Notes: generated from the sequence alone by a model not told the origin. A stretch of DNA of 64,000 nucleotides from an uncultured Planctomycetaceae bacterium (GCA_963833985.1 CAWIAD010000002.1:5792001-5856000); one strand, 5' to 3'; shown: positions 1 to 11,454, counted from the first letter of the stretch. Numbers and translations are program-made.

Positions 1-2342
1 ATCTTCAGCGCCTTGCGCTGCTTCGCCCCGTTGATCGGGGTGATGGGATCGCGTGCCTTTTCCGTCCCCTTGAAGTCGCGGTTGACCGATTGGCCGCCGA
101 TGTATTCGGAAGCAAGGTACGCCCCGTTGCCGTACTGGCTGACGCACGAGCTGAACGCGGTGCGGAGCCGGGCCCAGGACTCGTTGTCGCGGACGACCTT
201 CTGATCGAGGTCCTTGAGAAGCTCGGCCGCCATCGCGATGCGCTGCTTGCCGTAGGCGAGCGTATCGTTCGTCAAATCGTAGGTGTTGATCTGCGGGTCG
301 TTGTCGCTGAAGTCGTCGTCGGTGCCGAATGCCAGGTCCGGGTCAGCGGACTTCGCGGCGATCTTCTTGAGCTCGGCCGCTTCGTCACCGTCCACGGCCT
401 TGTAGGCGTACTCGATGGCCCAGTAATCATACGGGCCGATCGTGGTCGAGGCGTAGTCGCCCTGCTTCTGGCCCTTGGGGGCGATATTGATGGGATTGTA
501 ATCCATCACGCTGCCGGTCATGCCCTTCACACGGGTGATCGCCGTGTCGTTGATCTGGTCGGGCCGGAGCATGACGCTGGCCTTGAAGTTGTGCCGCAGG
601 CCCAGCGAGTGGCCAACCTCGTGCATCACCACTTCCTTGATCGCCTGGCCGAGGAATTCCTCAGGCAGCTTCGGCTCGTTGTCCTTCTTGTCCTTCTCCT
701 TGTCCTTGTCCTTGTCGGTGTCTGCGCGAGGCCAGGGCCAGCGAGGCGAACCGCATCTCGCTCGCCTTGGCGGTCGAGTAGTTGCAAGTCGTGAGGCGTC
801 CCTGGCTCATGCGGCGGAAGAGGTGGGCCTGCACCGGGTCCCAGCTTGAGGGAACCACATCCAGGGCCATGCCGCCGGGAACGCCGGTTCCGGGGCCGGC
901 CACACCCTGATTGGCCAGCAGCGATTGCTGGAACAACGCCGCTCGGCGGCTGCCGGCAGGGGGAACCGGCAGTCCATAGCCCTGCTTCAGCGCCATGATC
1001 GGGCTGAGGATCTCCCCCATGGCCAGCGGCACAGCGCTGGAGGAGAAGCCGGCGCCCGCGCCGCGCCGGTCGGTATCGGCACGCCGACCAGGAACGCATA
1101 TTCCTCTTTCCAGGTCTTGATCCAGCTCGCGTCGAAGATCACGTCGCCGTCAATCATCTCGCCGGTCATGGGATCGCTGCGCAGGCCGGACATGGCGAAC
1201 GTCGACCCGGTCGTGATCCAGCGCAGGGTGCAATAATTGATGTCCTCCGGCTCGAAGTCGTCGCGCTCGTTCTGCCAGCGCACGGCCACGGCGTCCAGGA
1301 AGCCAATCTTCTCGAATGCCTTGTTCCACTCGAGGATGCCCTGCTGCACGTAGGGCCGGTACTCGACGGGCACGTTGTCCTCGATCCACCAGACGATCTG
1401 CTTCTTGGGTGGCGACAGTTTCGCCTTGGGGTCGGCCTTCTCCAGCCGCCAGCGGTTGATCATGCGCCTGGCGTCGGTTTCGGGATTGGGATTACCGTAA
1501 TCGGTCACGGAATTGAGGAAGTGACCCACCCGGTAGTCAGCCAGCCGCGGGTGATAGCCCGGGTCCGGGGCCTTGCACAGGCTGTAGTGGATCACCATCG
1601 TGATCCCGCGGCTGTCCACGATCGGCGACGACCCTCCGAAGGAATAATAAGAACCTGAGCCGAAGCCGCCCGAGAACGTCGCCTCCACCTGGATCTCGAC
1701 GTTGTTGGGGTAGGTGCGAATCTTGAACCATCGCGAGCGGTTGCGGTCCAGGCTGCCAAAGCCGACCTGGGCGAAGTCGGTCATGAAAATATCGGCGAAG
1801 TCGATCACCAGCGCACCGCCGTTCGGGCTGATGCTCAGGATCGGCAGGGCCATCAGGATCGAGTCGGTGTAGTTCTGCTTGACGGCCTTGTCCAGCGGTG
1901 AGCCGGCCGGTGCGGTGAAGTGGATGTTCTTGCGGATGAGCTGGAGCTTGTCGTCCACGCGGCGGAACATGAGCACCCACTCGTCACCGAAGTTGAGCGG
2001 GTTGCCCGCACTGGTCACGCCGCGGGCAATCACGATCGGCGCCAGGATGGGCTGCTCGAGCTGCTGCGGCTTGATCTCGGCGTAAAGATGCTGCTCCTTC
2101 TCATGCAGTGTGAAGTAGCCCTCGTATTTCTTCGAGTCCTTGGTCAGTTCGTTGAAGTCCTGGAACTTTTTCGGCTCGCCGTGTTTCGCGGCAGCCTTCT
2201 CCAGGCCGTGCAGCGCCGGACCCGGAGGATCCGCCGCCACGACCGGATCGTCCGTCCCGGAACCGTGAACGACGGGTAGTGGAACGCTCGCCAGAGCGAC
2301 GAGAAGCGCTCCGGACAGAAGCGCCGGCAACAGTCGCCTCAT
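1..2342 (-). CDS. Secreted zinc-dependent metalloprotease (Met-zincin, DUF5117/DUF5118-type); runs off the window's left edge; two apparent frameshifts (~1030, ~725)
   Basis: Signal peptide MRRLLPALLSGALLVALA; the ORFs 987-2342 and 661-1032 and a third frame join up; the third frame reads IKEVVMHEVGHSLGLRHNFKAS (HExxHxxGxxH, ~580-640) and later GSVMDYNP (Met-turn). Confidence 0.85.
680..717 (-). repeat. Short GACAAG-type tandem repeat encoding a DKDKDKEKDKKD linker
   Basis: Repeated ccttgt units on the + strand, just before the zinc-binding helix. Confidence 0.6.
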
Positions 2343-2656
2343 CTTCGTATCTCCTGATTGTCTGCCGCATCTTGGCCTGCGATGGATGGCTCGCGAGGAT
2401 TGACAGGGATTACCGAGATGCTAGCCCCTTTGTAGTCTCCGCAAGTCGCATCTTCGACAAACTCGAGGGCTCGTACAAGAGTCACGCGAATTTTTTCGGT
2501 GTCCTGCGGGGTGCAGCGAGATGCCACCTGGCCGGAACCTTACTGGCTCTCTCGGACGTGGTAGAATGCGAGATCCATCCGGCGGCAGCTACTGAGGCTG
2601 CCGGCGCCTCTTTTCGAGCCCGGCCGTTCCGGGCAGATCACGATGAACGCAAGCCA

Positions 2657-3271
2657 GTGAAAAATAAACTGAAATGGATGGCGATCCTCGTGCTCGTCGT
2701 GCTCGGCCCGATCGTGCTGGCCCTGAGCCTGTCGCGAGGTTGTGGTGACGCGGCTCTACCCGCGGTTGATCCGGCGGCCTCGCGACTTCGCCTGACCAGT
2801 GCCGCGTTTCCGGAGGGAGGCACGATCCCCCGGGAGTTCACCTGCGACGGTCCGAACCGGTCGCCGCCCCTGGAATGGACCGGCGTACCCGAATCGGCCC
2901 GCTCGCTGGTGCTGCTCTGCGATGATCCGGACGCCCCGGCAGGAGTCTGGTCGCACTGGGTGCTCTACGACCTGTCGCCGCGCATCACCTCGCTCGACCC
3001 GGGGATCTCGCCGGATGTCATGCCGACCCTCGAGCCCAAGATCGTGGTCAAGCAGCCCAGGTTGTTCTTCGAGCAGGGCATGAATGATTTCGGCAAGATC
3101 GGCTACGGGGGACCGTGTCCACCTTCGGGCTCGCACCGCTACGTCTTTCGACTTTACGCCCTTGATCAGATCACGAACCTTGCTCCCGGCGCGAACCGCG
3201 CCACGGTGCTCAGGGCCATCGAGGGCCATGTCGTGGCGGCCGGAGAGCTGATGGGCAAGTACGGGCGCTGA
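2657..3271 (+). CDS. YbhB/YbcL family Raf-kinase-inhibitor-like (PEBP) protein, exported or lipoprotein
   Basis: Motifs SPPLEW, DDPDAP, WSHWVLY, GYGGPCPPSGSHRYVFRLYALD; N-terminal hydrophobic segment ending in SRGC; start GTG 2657 or ATG 2678. Confidence 0.9.
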   Translation: MKNKLKWMAILVLVVLGPIVLALSLSRGCGDAALPAVDPAASRLRLTSAAFPEGGTIPREFTCDGPNRSPPLEWTGVPESARSLVLLCDDPDAPAGVWSHWVLYDLSPRITSLDPGISPDVMPTLEPKIVVKQPRLFFEQGMNDFGKIGYGGPCPPSGSHRYVFRLYALDQITNLAPGANRATVLRAIEGHVVAAGELMGKYGR

Positions 3272-3294
3272 CCCACCGCGAGCAGGGCGAAACG

Positions 3295-3315
3295 GAACAT
3301 GGCCACGCCGTGTTC
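3295..3315. terminator. Possible hairpin terminator between convergent genes
   Basis: GAACATGGC-CAC-GCCGTGTTC stem-loop between the two stop codons; no clear U-tract. Confidence 0.3.
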
Positions 3316-4618
3316 AGTGCTGACCCCTGGCGATGGCGCGCAGCGTTTCGATAACTCGGTCCACCTCGTTCTCCGTCGTGTAACAGGCACAACCCAGACG
3401 GAGCAGACCGCTGGGCTCCTGACCCAGTCGCTGCACCACGGTCTGGGCGTAGAAATTGCCATGCGACGCGAAGATCCCGCGCCTGGCCAGCGCGATCGCG
3501 ACCTCGCTGGCTGGAACGCCGTCGACAACAAGAGCCAGCGTGGGGGTCCGGGCGGCGCAGGGCGGAGGTCCGAAAAGCCGAACCCCGAGGATGGCACCGC
3601 ACCCCTCCCAGAACTGCTCCAGCAGCGCGCATCCTCGCTGGTGCAGCGCTGAGTAGACGGTTCCCAGCCGCTGTCGCCGTGACGCGACCCAGTGGTCCGA
3701 TTCGCCTGCATTGGAGCCGGCCTGCTCTTGCCGATCCAGGCTCGCCAGAAAGTCCACGGCAGCTCCGGCGCCCGCGATTCCCTCGTGGTTCTGGGTTCCA
3801 GCTTCAAGACGCTCGGGGACCGTGTCCGGCGCGGGAGCGAGCTTTGTGACCTCGAGAGTGCGCAGCAAGTCCCGTCTGGCGTAAAGTATGCCAACATGAG
3901 GACCATAGAACTTGTAAGCCGAGCAGACCATGAAATCGCAGCCCCATTCCTGCACGTCCACAAGCTGGTGGGGAGCGTGGTGGACGGCGTCGACGAAGGC
4001 CAGGGCCTCCGCCTCGTGCGCCATGGCCACGGCACGCGCCACGTCGTTGATGGTGCCCAGGGCATTCGACGCGGCGCCGATCGCCAGCAGCTTCGTCCCG
4101 TGCTGATTCAGGCAGCGATCGAGGTCGTCCCAGTCGAGCAGCCCGGTCTCCGGGATCATGCGGCACTGGCGGACGGTGATTCCCCGTTCCTTTTCCAGGG
4201 CGCGCCAGGGATCGATGTTGGCGTGGTGGTCGAGCTCGGTGACCACGATGGCATCGCCGGGGCGAAGCCGCCGGCCCAGCGCCCGGCTGACGCGGAAGGT
4301 GAGCGAGGTCATGTTCGCGCCGAAGACGATCTCATCGGGCGAAGCGTTTACGAAGTCCGCCAGGGCACGCCGTGCCCTGGAGATGGCCGCATCGGTCTCG
4401 GCACTGGTGGGGAAGGCCCAGTGCGTGTTGGCGTTGTGGTGCAGCAGGTAATCCGTGATGGCGTCGGCCACGCTGCGCGGGACCTGCGTTCCGCCCGGTC
4501 CATCGAAATAGGCCACAGGGAAGTCCCTGTGCCTGCGCTCCAGGGCAGGGAAAGCGGCACGAATGTCGTCGACGGTGGCCAGGTGCGGCGCGTCCAGTCT
4601 TTCATTCCGTGGCGGCAT
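3314..4618 (-). CDS. Cysteine desulfurase-like protein (aminotransferase class V, VC1184-type)
   Basis: Motifs YFDGPGGTQVP, ELDHHAN, DAVH, CSAYKFYGPH (PLP lysine), EAGT; start at 4618 or 4669. Confidence 0.9.
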   Translation of the reverse strand: MPPRNERLDAPHLATVDDIRAAFPALERRHRDFPVAYFDGPGGTQVPRSVADAITDYLLHHNANTHWAFPTSAETDAAISRARRALADFVNASPDEIVFGANMTSLTFRVSRALGRRLRPGDAIVVTELDHHANIDPWRALEKERGITVRQCRMIPETGLLDWDDLDRCLNQHGTKLLAIGAASNALGTINDVARAVAMAHEAEALAFVDAVHHAPHQLVDVQEWGCDFMVCSAYKFYGPHVGILYARRDLLRTLEVTKLAPAPDTVPERLEAGTQNHEGIAGAGAAVDFLASLDRQEQAGSNAGESDHWVASRRQRLGTVYSALHQRGCALLEQFWEGCGAILGVRLFGPPPCAARTPTLALVVDGVPASEVAIALARRGIFASHGNFYAQTVVQRLGQEPSGLLRLGCACYTTENEVDRVIETLRAIARGQH

Positions 4619-4774
4619 GCCGTTACTCTCTAGAAAAAGAAGCGGACCAGCTTGATCTGGTTCGTTCATGCCCGGCTTCCGTGGCCACGACCATCACGCG
4701 CGGCATGCATCGGATACCAGTCGTATGATATCATGATGAGCCTCGGCGTGACGAGACAAGTTGGGAGCGAGCCC

Positions 4775-5092
4775 ATGATCTGTGTTGCGGTGACGTACGT
4801 GATCAAGCCCGGCCGTGAAGCCGAGGCCGCCGACCTGTTCCGGGCCATGACCGCGCAGACGCGCGCCGAGCCCGGCTGCCGTATGTACCTGGCGCATCGT
4901 TCCACAACCGACCCGCGCAGGTTCTTCCTCTACGAGCAATACGACGACCAGGCCGCGCTCGACGCCCATCGTGCCGCGCCGCATTTCGAGAAATACGTCA
5001 AGGACGGGCTCTTCCCCATCACCGAGAGCCGCGCGCCGAGCTTTTCGAGCCGCTTGCGGACTGAGACTTCACACCTGTCCCGCGGCTCATGA
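4775..5092 (+). CDS. Antibiotic biosynthesis monooxygenase (ABM) / putative quinol monooxygenase
   Basis: TRAEPGCRMY...FFLYEQYDDQAALDAHRAAPHF; one missing G near 5038 would give ...RAPELFEPLAD* ending at about 5064. Confidence 0.85.
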   Translation: MICVAVTYVIKPGREAEAADLFRAMTAQTRAEPGCRMYLAHRSTTDPRRFFLYEQYDDQAALDAHRAAPHFEKYVKDGLFPITESRAPSFSSRLRTETSHLSRGS

Positions 5093-5258
5093 CTCCCGGA
5101 AAACGCCATCGCTTGCATCCAATCTGGCGACATGGTAAAGGTGAGAGATTCAGTTCCGGATGCACACCCGCGTGACCGGCCGGATCGGTCATTGCGCAAA
5201 GACTGGCGCCGCTGGCTGTGAGAGCCTGGTCGCGGCCTGGGCGTGGAAGGGATCGACG

Positions 5259-6284
5259 ATGAGAGTGCGGCATGCTCTCGGATTCACGCTGATCGAACTC
5301 CTCGTCGTGATCGCCATTATCAGCGTGCTGATCGGCCTTCTCCTACCCGCCGTTCAATCAGCGCGCGAGGCAGCGCGGAGAATCCAGTGCGTGAACAACC
5401 TGAAGCAGCTTGGCCTATCCATCCACAGTTACCACGACGTCAATGGGAGCTTTCCACCCGGTCAGCTGCTATACATGAACTGGCAAGATCTATCGTGCCT
5501 GTTGCCCCTTCTGCCCTACCTCGAGCAGGCGCCGCTCTACAATGCGTTCAATTTCGCTGATGTATTTCCAATCAACGGCCTGGGGCCCGTGCTGCCTTAC
5601 TACCTACCAAACACGACAGTGGCGAGAACTCAGGTCGCAGGGTTTCTCTGTCCGTCGGATCTCAACCGGCTGGCCAACCCTGAGGGCCATAGCAACTATT
5701 GCGGCAACAGCGGGTCCACTCCCCAGGCTGCCGAGACGATCTGCTGGGCTAACGGTCCTTTCGTGGCCCCGTCACCAAACGCCGGCTACCGGGGATGTCG
5801 GGTATTCCGCATCGCAAGCGTCCGCGACGGTCTCGGCTCCACGGCCTGCTTCAGCGAGCGAGTGCTCGGGGTCGGCGATGCCAACCAGCCGGATTCCAGT
5901 ACCCCAACCTCGGCGTACTTTGAGGTCGGCGGCCCGGGTGACGTCATGAACACATCCGCGTACTATACGATGTGCAAGGCTGCTAGTCCGGATTCAACAA
6001 GCCTGGTCAATGGCCTTGCGGCGGGTATGTACTGGACCTACGGCTACCTCAGCGAGACGCGCTACACCCACATCATGACGCCCAATACTCAGAGCTGCGA
6101 GGTGGGCGGGCCCTGGTACGGAGAGCGCGGAGCGATGACAGCAGCCAGCCGCCACCCAGGAACGGTGAACCTGCTGCTCTGCGATGGCTCCGTGAAATCG
6201 ATCAATGCCGCGATCGCTGCCGCCACCTGGTGGGCCCTGGGCACGATTGCCGGCGGCGAGGTGATCTCGGCGGACGCGTACTGA
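5259..6284 (+). CDS. DUF1559 planctomycete prepilin-type N-terminal cleavage/methylation protein
   Basis: [14 protein letters not shown]...[28 protein letters not shown]-terminal [16 protein letters not shown] (H-X9-DG motif). Confidence 0.95.
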   Translation: MRVRHALGFTLIELLVVIAIISVLIGLLLPAVQSAREAARRIQCVNNLKQLGLSIHSYHDVNGSFPPGQLLYMNWQDLSCLLPLLPYLEQAPLYNAFNFADVFPINGLGPVLPYYLPNTTVARTQVAGFLCPSDLNRLANPEGHSNYCGNSGSTPQAAETICWANGPFVAPSPNAGYRGCRVFRIASVRDGLGSTACFSERVLGVGDANQPDSSTPTSAYFEVGGPGDVMNTSAYYTMCKAASPDSTSLVNGLAAGMYWTYGYLSETRYTHIMTPNTQSCEVGGPWYGERGAMTAASRHPGTVNLLLCDGSVKSINAAIAAATWWALGTIAGGEVISADAY

Positions 6285-6511
6285 TCGGGGAGAGTGTTGG
6301 AGCCGTCCACCGTTCGAGATCCCAGCGGATTCCTCGGGCTACCCACGCCTCGAGGCCCACGTGTACATGTGACCTTGTCTTATCTCCAGGCTGACCGGCT
6401 TGCACCCGGTTCCGCCTCGGGGCCACCTGGTCGAAGTCTTCGGCAACATTGGAGTAAACTGGTTCTGAGTTCACCTCCGGTCCAACTTCCAGCGTCCCCG
6501 GGATCTCACCC

Positions 6512-6736
6512 ATGAATGAATCAAACGAGCTTCTTCTCGCCATAGAGCAACTCAAGCGGTCCAACCGCCGGTGGAAGACGCTGGCGCACACCGTCTCCAT
6601 CGTGCTGGTCTCCGTCGCGTTTTTTCTGATGATTGGAGCTCAGCGGGAGCGTATGCGGGCTGAAGCCGCGATGCAGCAGTTAGCGATGGCTATGGCGGAT
6701 GAGCAGCGAGCCGCGAGTCAGGCACAGCAAAGATAA
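6512..6736 (+). CDS. Small hypothetical single-pass membrane protein
   Basis: ATG start, basic patch, one hydrophobic helix, then a coiled-coil-like tail. Confidence 0.55.
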   Translation: MNESNELLLAIEQLKRSNRRWKTLAHTVSIVLVSVAFFLMIGAQRERMRAEAAMQQLAMAMADEQRAASQAQQR

Positions 6737-6906
6737 GGTTGGCTGCTGACTCGACCTCGTGCATTGGCAATGGAGAATCAAGGCAGTATCAAGGTGGTTG
6801 AGATCACAGCCCGACCGCCTTGCCTCGCCGTCCCGGCAAGCCCCTTGATTTCATTCCTTCGCGTTCAGCGAGCTTCTCCCAGAAGTTCACACTGGAGCCT
6901 TTCCTT

Positions 6907-7260
6907 TTGACCATCATCGAGGAGCACGCGAGCAACGACGGCTTGCTGAAGTTCATCGTCTGCCGCGCGGACGATGGCGATGTGGCCATTAACTTTGAGG
7001 GCTTCGCGTGGCATACGCATACGCATGCGGATGTCCTGGCCTCGAGTTCGGGACTGAGTAAGCCAGACGCGATGCGGCGCTTCATCGACGACATGCTGGA
7101 AGACCGGGCGATCAGCGCAGTCAGCCGGGTCGATGGAGTGGCGGGAGACGTCTGCATCACCGAGGACCCGGCCTTTGAGCGACTCTACCCGTCCCGGGAC
7201 GAGACGATCGAGTTCCGTTCCTGGAGCAGCAAGTTTCGCCCCGAGACAGCACGGAATTGA
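6907..7260 (+). CDS. Hypothetical protein
   Basis: Globular-looking ORF (IIEEHASNDGLLKFIVCRADDGDVAINFEGFAWHTH...); start uncertain. Confidence 0.5.
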   Translation: MTIIEEHASNDGLLKFIVCRADDGDVAINFEGFAWHTHTHADVLASSSGLSKPDAMRRFIDDMLEDRAISAVSRVDGVAGDVCITEDPAFERLYPSRDETIEFRSWSSKFRPETARN

Positions 7261-7766
7261 GGCTCGCCGTGTTTCTGGAGTGCGCGCCAGATCCGTTGAG
7301 AAAGTCAGGCAAAACAAGCCCCTGCCTGTTTGGGATCCAGGTCTGCGTGGGTACGGCCTGTTTCTTGATTGCCGCCGACTTCGCGGCGATTGACGGGAGT
7401 CTGGCGAGGGAACTCCATGTCCCACTCGCAAGCTTCGCAGAGCGTTCCTTCTTGTTGATTCCCATGATCGCTCTGCTGCCTTTTTTCTGGCCCCGTCAAG
7501 TTCCAGCCTGGCTGCGTGTGGTCGTCTGCGATGGGATCATTCTTGGCCTCGTTGTTCTGCCGCTGGCTGTCGTGGCCCTCGGCACGCCAAGCCTGCCGGT
7601 TTTCAATGTCCCTCCCATGTTCTCCCCGGTGCTGTATGTCGAGCCGGATGTTCCGGTCGTCTTCGCCGGTGACCACGATGGCTGGCGAGCCTATTATCCC
7701 CGTTCCCGGGACGAGCGCGTCGTTCGCGATGCCTTGCATCGTCGGGGCATCGAGGTTCGCCCGTAG
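7257..7766 (+). CDS. Hypothetical membrane protein
   Basis: Two to three hydrophobic segments; overlaps the preceding stop codon. Confidence 0.4.
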   Translation: MRLAVFLECAPDPLRKSGKTSPCLFGIQVCVGTACFLIAADFAAIDGSLARELHVPLASFAERSFLLIPMIALLPFFWPRQVPAWLRVVVCDGIILGLVVLPLAVVALGTPSLPVFNVPPMFSPVLYVEPDVPVVFAGDHDGWRAYYPRSRDERVVRDALHRRGIEVRP

Positions 7767-7903
7767 GCGGACGCGGTGTCGGGCTGGGTTCCTGGCCGCA
7801 AAGAGAATTTGTGACGGTGAGGACGCATAAGCGATCCCAGCACTAGGCCGATCGGATCATGCAGCGATCGCCGGCGGAGTGGGGTCGAGACTCGATGTCT
7901 ACA

Positions 7904-8446
7904 TGGGCCTTTTGACGCTCACTTTTGAGGAAGGGACTGAGATCCTGTCAGCAGGTCACCGACACTTCAATCGCGATTCCAGGGGACGGCTGATACGCGC
8001 ACTCCCGTGTACGACGTGCATCCTGGCTCTGATGCCGGTGGGGGCGGTAGCATCGGGGCGAGTGGCTCGCCGGGGTAAGGGATCGATCGACGCCCGGCAA
8101 GCTGTCCGGATCGCCTAGCGGTACGTGCGCGAAAACGGTTACTCCGAATACGTAACCGAGGATCCGTACCGCCTCGTCCCCGACACGATCGAGTTTTCAA
8201 GAGACCGCCGCGACTGGCTCAAACAGCGCCACAACACTCTGAAGCCCCGTGCTGTCGGATTCCTTGAAGGCGCGCGGAATGACCCCCGAGGGCTCCAAGG
8301 GCTGGACAGTGGGCTTCGAACTGGTGGAACCTATAGGTGATGGGAAAAAGGCAGTCGGCAGGGCGGTCACAAGGGACGCCAGAGGACGGCATCTCACGGT
8401 GCAACATATGGTCTTCAACCTGGATGTTCTTAAGCCCAGACCATAG
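7904..8446 (+). pseudogene. Disrupted hypothetical gene with an in-frame TAG and a frameshift
   Basis: ...AVRIA*RYVRENGYSEY continues in the same frame across TAG 8116-8118, then shifts near 8290 into WTVGFELVEP... Confidence 0.5.
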
Positions 8447-8493
8447 ACCGATGACGCGTCCCTGAAGCTCCGCCTATTTCCGGAGCTGATCCG

Positions 8494-11097
8494 ATGACGA
8501 TGTTTCTTGGTTCGATTCTGGCGACAGCGCTTGTCGTACAAGCTGAAGGCTCGAATCTCCCGGGCAAGATCGTCGACGACCAGGGCAAGCCGGTCGAGGG
8601 GACCCAGGTTATCTTCTTCATTCCCCGGCCCTGGATTGGGAATGGGGAGACGGTGGAGCTGGAGACGAAGACGAACGCGCAGGGTGAATTTCACCTCATC
8701 CTGTCGAGATTGCAGCGTGCCGCTCCCTTTCGACTGTGGGCGTATCGTCCGGGCTGGGCCGTCGCGACGATTGAGAGCCGCTCGTCGCAGTTTAGCGTGG
8801 TCTTGCACAGGGCTCAGCCGAGAACTGTCAAGGTCGAAGGACCCGACGGCCACCCCATAGCGGGTGCGAGACTGTCTCCCCTCTTCCTCGACAACGCCGG
8901 CCGACGTACTCGGGACGAACTCCCCAGGACGTTGGCTAACCAGCTTGCGGTTACCACGGGGTCGGACGGACAGGCGACGCTGAATTACCTGGCTTTCGGC
9001 GTCAAGCTCGTCACCGTGCGTCTTACGACCGCCACGATCGGGACGCAGGACTTGCAATTGCTCCGCAATCCAGCCCGCGAGAACCAGGGAGCGACGGTCG
9101 ACGTTCGCCTCGGGGCAACGAAGCGGTTGGCTGGACGCGTCCGAAATCGATCGGGGCAGCCCGTCGCGGGACAGGAGGTTGAGGTCTGGTCCGGCTCAAG
9201 CGACTGGCTTCGGACGGAGCCCCTTGTTTTCCAGAATGGGCCTGTCCGGACGGCAGCCGACGGCTCGTTCCAGACGCCGGAGAGCCTCCTGGTCGGCTCG
9301 GTATACATGGCGGTTGTGCGAACACCTGGTTTTGAGACGGTTTTTTCTAAATATGTCAAGATCGGCGACCAGATGCCGCCTCTACTGCCGCTTCTTCAGA
9401 GGCCACTGCGGACGATACGCGGACGGGTCACCGACCGACAGGGCACGCCGTTGGCCGGCGTCGAGGTCTTCCAGTCGGGCGACGGGCCGGTGCGGACGAC
9501 GACGCGCACGCAGGCGGACGGCCGGTTCATTCTGGGTGGCTTCCGCGATGGGTCCGTCTTTCTCTTCGCGCGGCGTGAGGGTTTTCGCTTTTTCGGCAGG
9601 CTGACCCAGGCCGGCGAAGAAGAAGTTGCGGTGCAGATGATTCGCATCGGCGAGTTTCCGGCCCCAGCGCTGCGCACCTTGCCTGAGCCGATTCCACGGG
9701 ACGAGGCTCTGTCGCTGACCCGGCGATTGATCCAGCCGTGCTGGGACGCGGCTGTGGCTCAGAAAGATCAGGAAGCCGCCTTTGATGTGCTGACGACCCT
9801 CGCGCCCGCCGATCCTGTAGACGTATTGCAGAAGCTCGAGACCGAGGATGTCGTGAACCCAGCCAGAGTCCCCACCATCAAGCGGTTGGTGGCGCGGGCT
9901 TTGGTCCGGAAAGATCCGTCTGGGGCCGAGAAGCTGGCGGAATCGCTGGATTCACCGATGACGCGCGGCGCAGCACTCTGGGACATTGCTGCTGCGCTGC
10001 CGGAAGATGCTCGGGATCGCAAGCTCGCCTTATTTGAGCGCGCCGCACTTGAAGCCAAGGCCGGGAAGTCTCCCCTCTCTGTGGCGACTGCTGCCCATAG
10101 CTTGTATGACTTGGGGGAGAAGAAGAAGGCCAGGGCTCTGGTCGCCGAGAATGTTGATGCCAGCAAGGTCGCCCCCGAGCGGCGCACACTTCTCGGATAC
10201 GAACTCGCACGCGTCGAACCCGCGGTGGCCCTGAGCATCGCAAGGGAGCTGGCCGCCAACTATCGGCAAGACGCTAACGGGATTCTGTGGAACGTTGCCA
10301 TCGGTTTGGCGGAGGACAACCCCACCGAAGCCGAGCGCGTGCTGAGAATGGTCCCCCAGGCAGAAGGACAAAGCTGGATGCATCCGGCGCTCGCCTGGAA
10401 GCTTGCCAGGAGCGACCCTGCACGTGCCCGAAGGCTCGTTGACGAGTCCCAGCACTACGAAGATTCCCCGCAAACGTATCTTTATCTCGCCTGCGGGCTC
10501 AAGGGACACGACCCAGCAGCCGCGGACGTAGCGTTCTGGAAAGGGATCAGTGAGATCGACAGACAGTTGGAGAAAGGGGTGCGGTCCTTCGGAATAGGAA
10601 TAGAGCGATCGCAGACTTTCCTTATACAGGTAAAGGGGAGCCTGGCAGTGTTCTTGCCCCTGGTGGAGCACATCGACCCGACCCTCGTCCCCGAGATCTT
10701 CTGGCGCGCCCTGGCCGCGCGACCTCCGGTTGACACGCCGCTCTGGCTAGACCCCCCCTCGCTCGGTCGACTAGCCGAACTTCTGGCCTGGTACGACCGC
10801 GGGGCTGCTGCGACCCTGCTCGAGTCCGATCGTCTTGTACGGGAGCAGACCGGCGTCCCGCTCATGAGTCTAAGGTTGAGCGAATTTCGCGGCCGGGTGC
10901 TGTGGGATCCCCGCGCCGTCGTGGCAGACATCGAGCAACTGAATGCCGCGAATGACGCGGAGGCCAGGGTCATCCTTACTCTGAGGAGACTGGTCGGCAC
11001 GACGCTAAGCCGTTCCTACGAGGATCAGTGGCATCTCGTTTGGCGTCTCTATGGCTATGGACAATTGAAAGACCCGCTCGTCAGCAGTGTCTGGTAG
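8494..11097 (+). CDS. Large secreted protein with carboxypeptidase-regulatory-like beta-sandwich repeats and a helical-repeat C-terminus
   Basis: Signal peptide; repeated G-x-V-x-D-xx-G-x-P-V-x-G...T-xxx-G-x-F units; alanine/leucine-rich helical second half. Confidence 0.8.
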   Translation: MTMFLGSILATALVVQAEGSNLPGKIVDDQGKPVEGTQVIFFIPRPWIGNGETVELETKTNAQGEFHLILSRLQRAAPFRLWAYRPGWAVATIESRSSQFSVVLHRAQPRTVKVEGPDGHPIAGARLSPLFLDNAGRRTRDELPRTLANQLAVTTGSDGQATLNYLAFGVKLVTVRLTTATIGTQDLQLLRNPARENQGATVDVRLGATKRLAGRVRNRSGQPVAGQEVEVWSGSSDWLRTEPLVFQNGPVRTAADGSFQTPESLLVGSVYMAVVRTPGFETVFSKYVKIGDQMPPLLPLLQRPLRTIRGRVTDRQGTPLAGVEVFQSGDGPVRTTTRTQADGRFILGGFRDGSVFLFARREGFRFFGRLTQAGEEEVAVQMIRIGEFPAPALRTLPEPIPRDEALSLTRRLIQPCWDAAVAQKDQEAAFDVLTTLAPADPVDVLQKLETEDVVNPARVPTIKRLVARALVRKDPSGAEKLAESLDSPMTRGAALWDIAAALPEDARDRKLALFERAALEAKAGKSPLSVATAAHSLYDLGEKKKARALVAENVDASKVAPERRTLLGYELARVEPAVALSIARELAANYRQDANGILWNVAIGLAEDNPTEAERVLRMVPQAEGQSWMHPALAWKLARSDPARARRLVDESQHYEDSPQTYLYLACGLKGHDPAAADVAFWKGISEIDRQLEKGVRSFGIGIERSQTFLIQVKGSLAVFLPLVEHIDPTLVPEIFWRALAARPPVDTPLWLDPPSLGRLAELLAWYDRGAAATLLESDRLVREQTGVPLMSLRLSEFRGRVLWDPRAVVADIEQLNAANDAEARVILTLRRLVGTTLSRSYEDQWHLVWRLYGYGQLKDPLVSSVW

Positions 11098-11250
11098 GCT
11101 CTGGGTGCGATCATGGGGGTTCTACCGTCACCCAGGAAACGCAATTCATGAAATATTGCTGAATTGTTGAGAGATTCCTCCTCAAGCACTGGTTCGGCAA
11201 CCTGGCGAAACCACTGATCCGGACGCCAGCCCTGGCAGGAGGCCCGGACC

Positions 11251-11454
11251 ATGAGACATCCCTGGGTGCAATCCACGGTGCGGTTGGGGCTGTTCGCGAT
11301 CTTCGTTGTCGGCGTTGCGCTGGGCACCTGGGTGATCACGATGCGCCGTGCTGCGCCGTTTGGCGAGCGCGTCCGACATCACGCCGAGGAGATTTTCGGG
11401 ATCGAGGATGAGATCTCCCCCGACCCAAGTTGGGAAGAAGGCCGTTCGGCGTGA
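11251..11454 (+). CDS. Small planctomycete-type membrane peptide, possibly truncated
   Basis: STVRLGLFAIFVVGVALGTW followed by RR...HHAEE. Confidence 0.4.
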   Translation: MRHPWVQSTVRLGLFAIFVVGVALGTWVITMRRAAPFGERVRHHAEEIFGIEDEISPDPSWEEGRSA

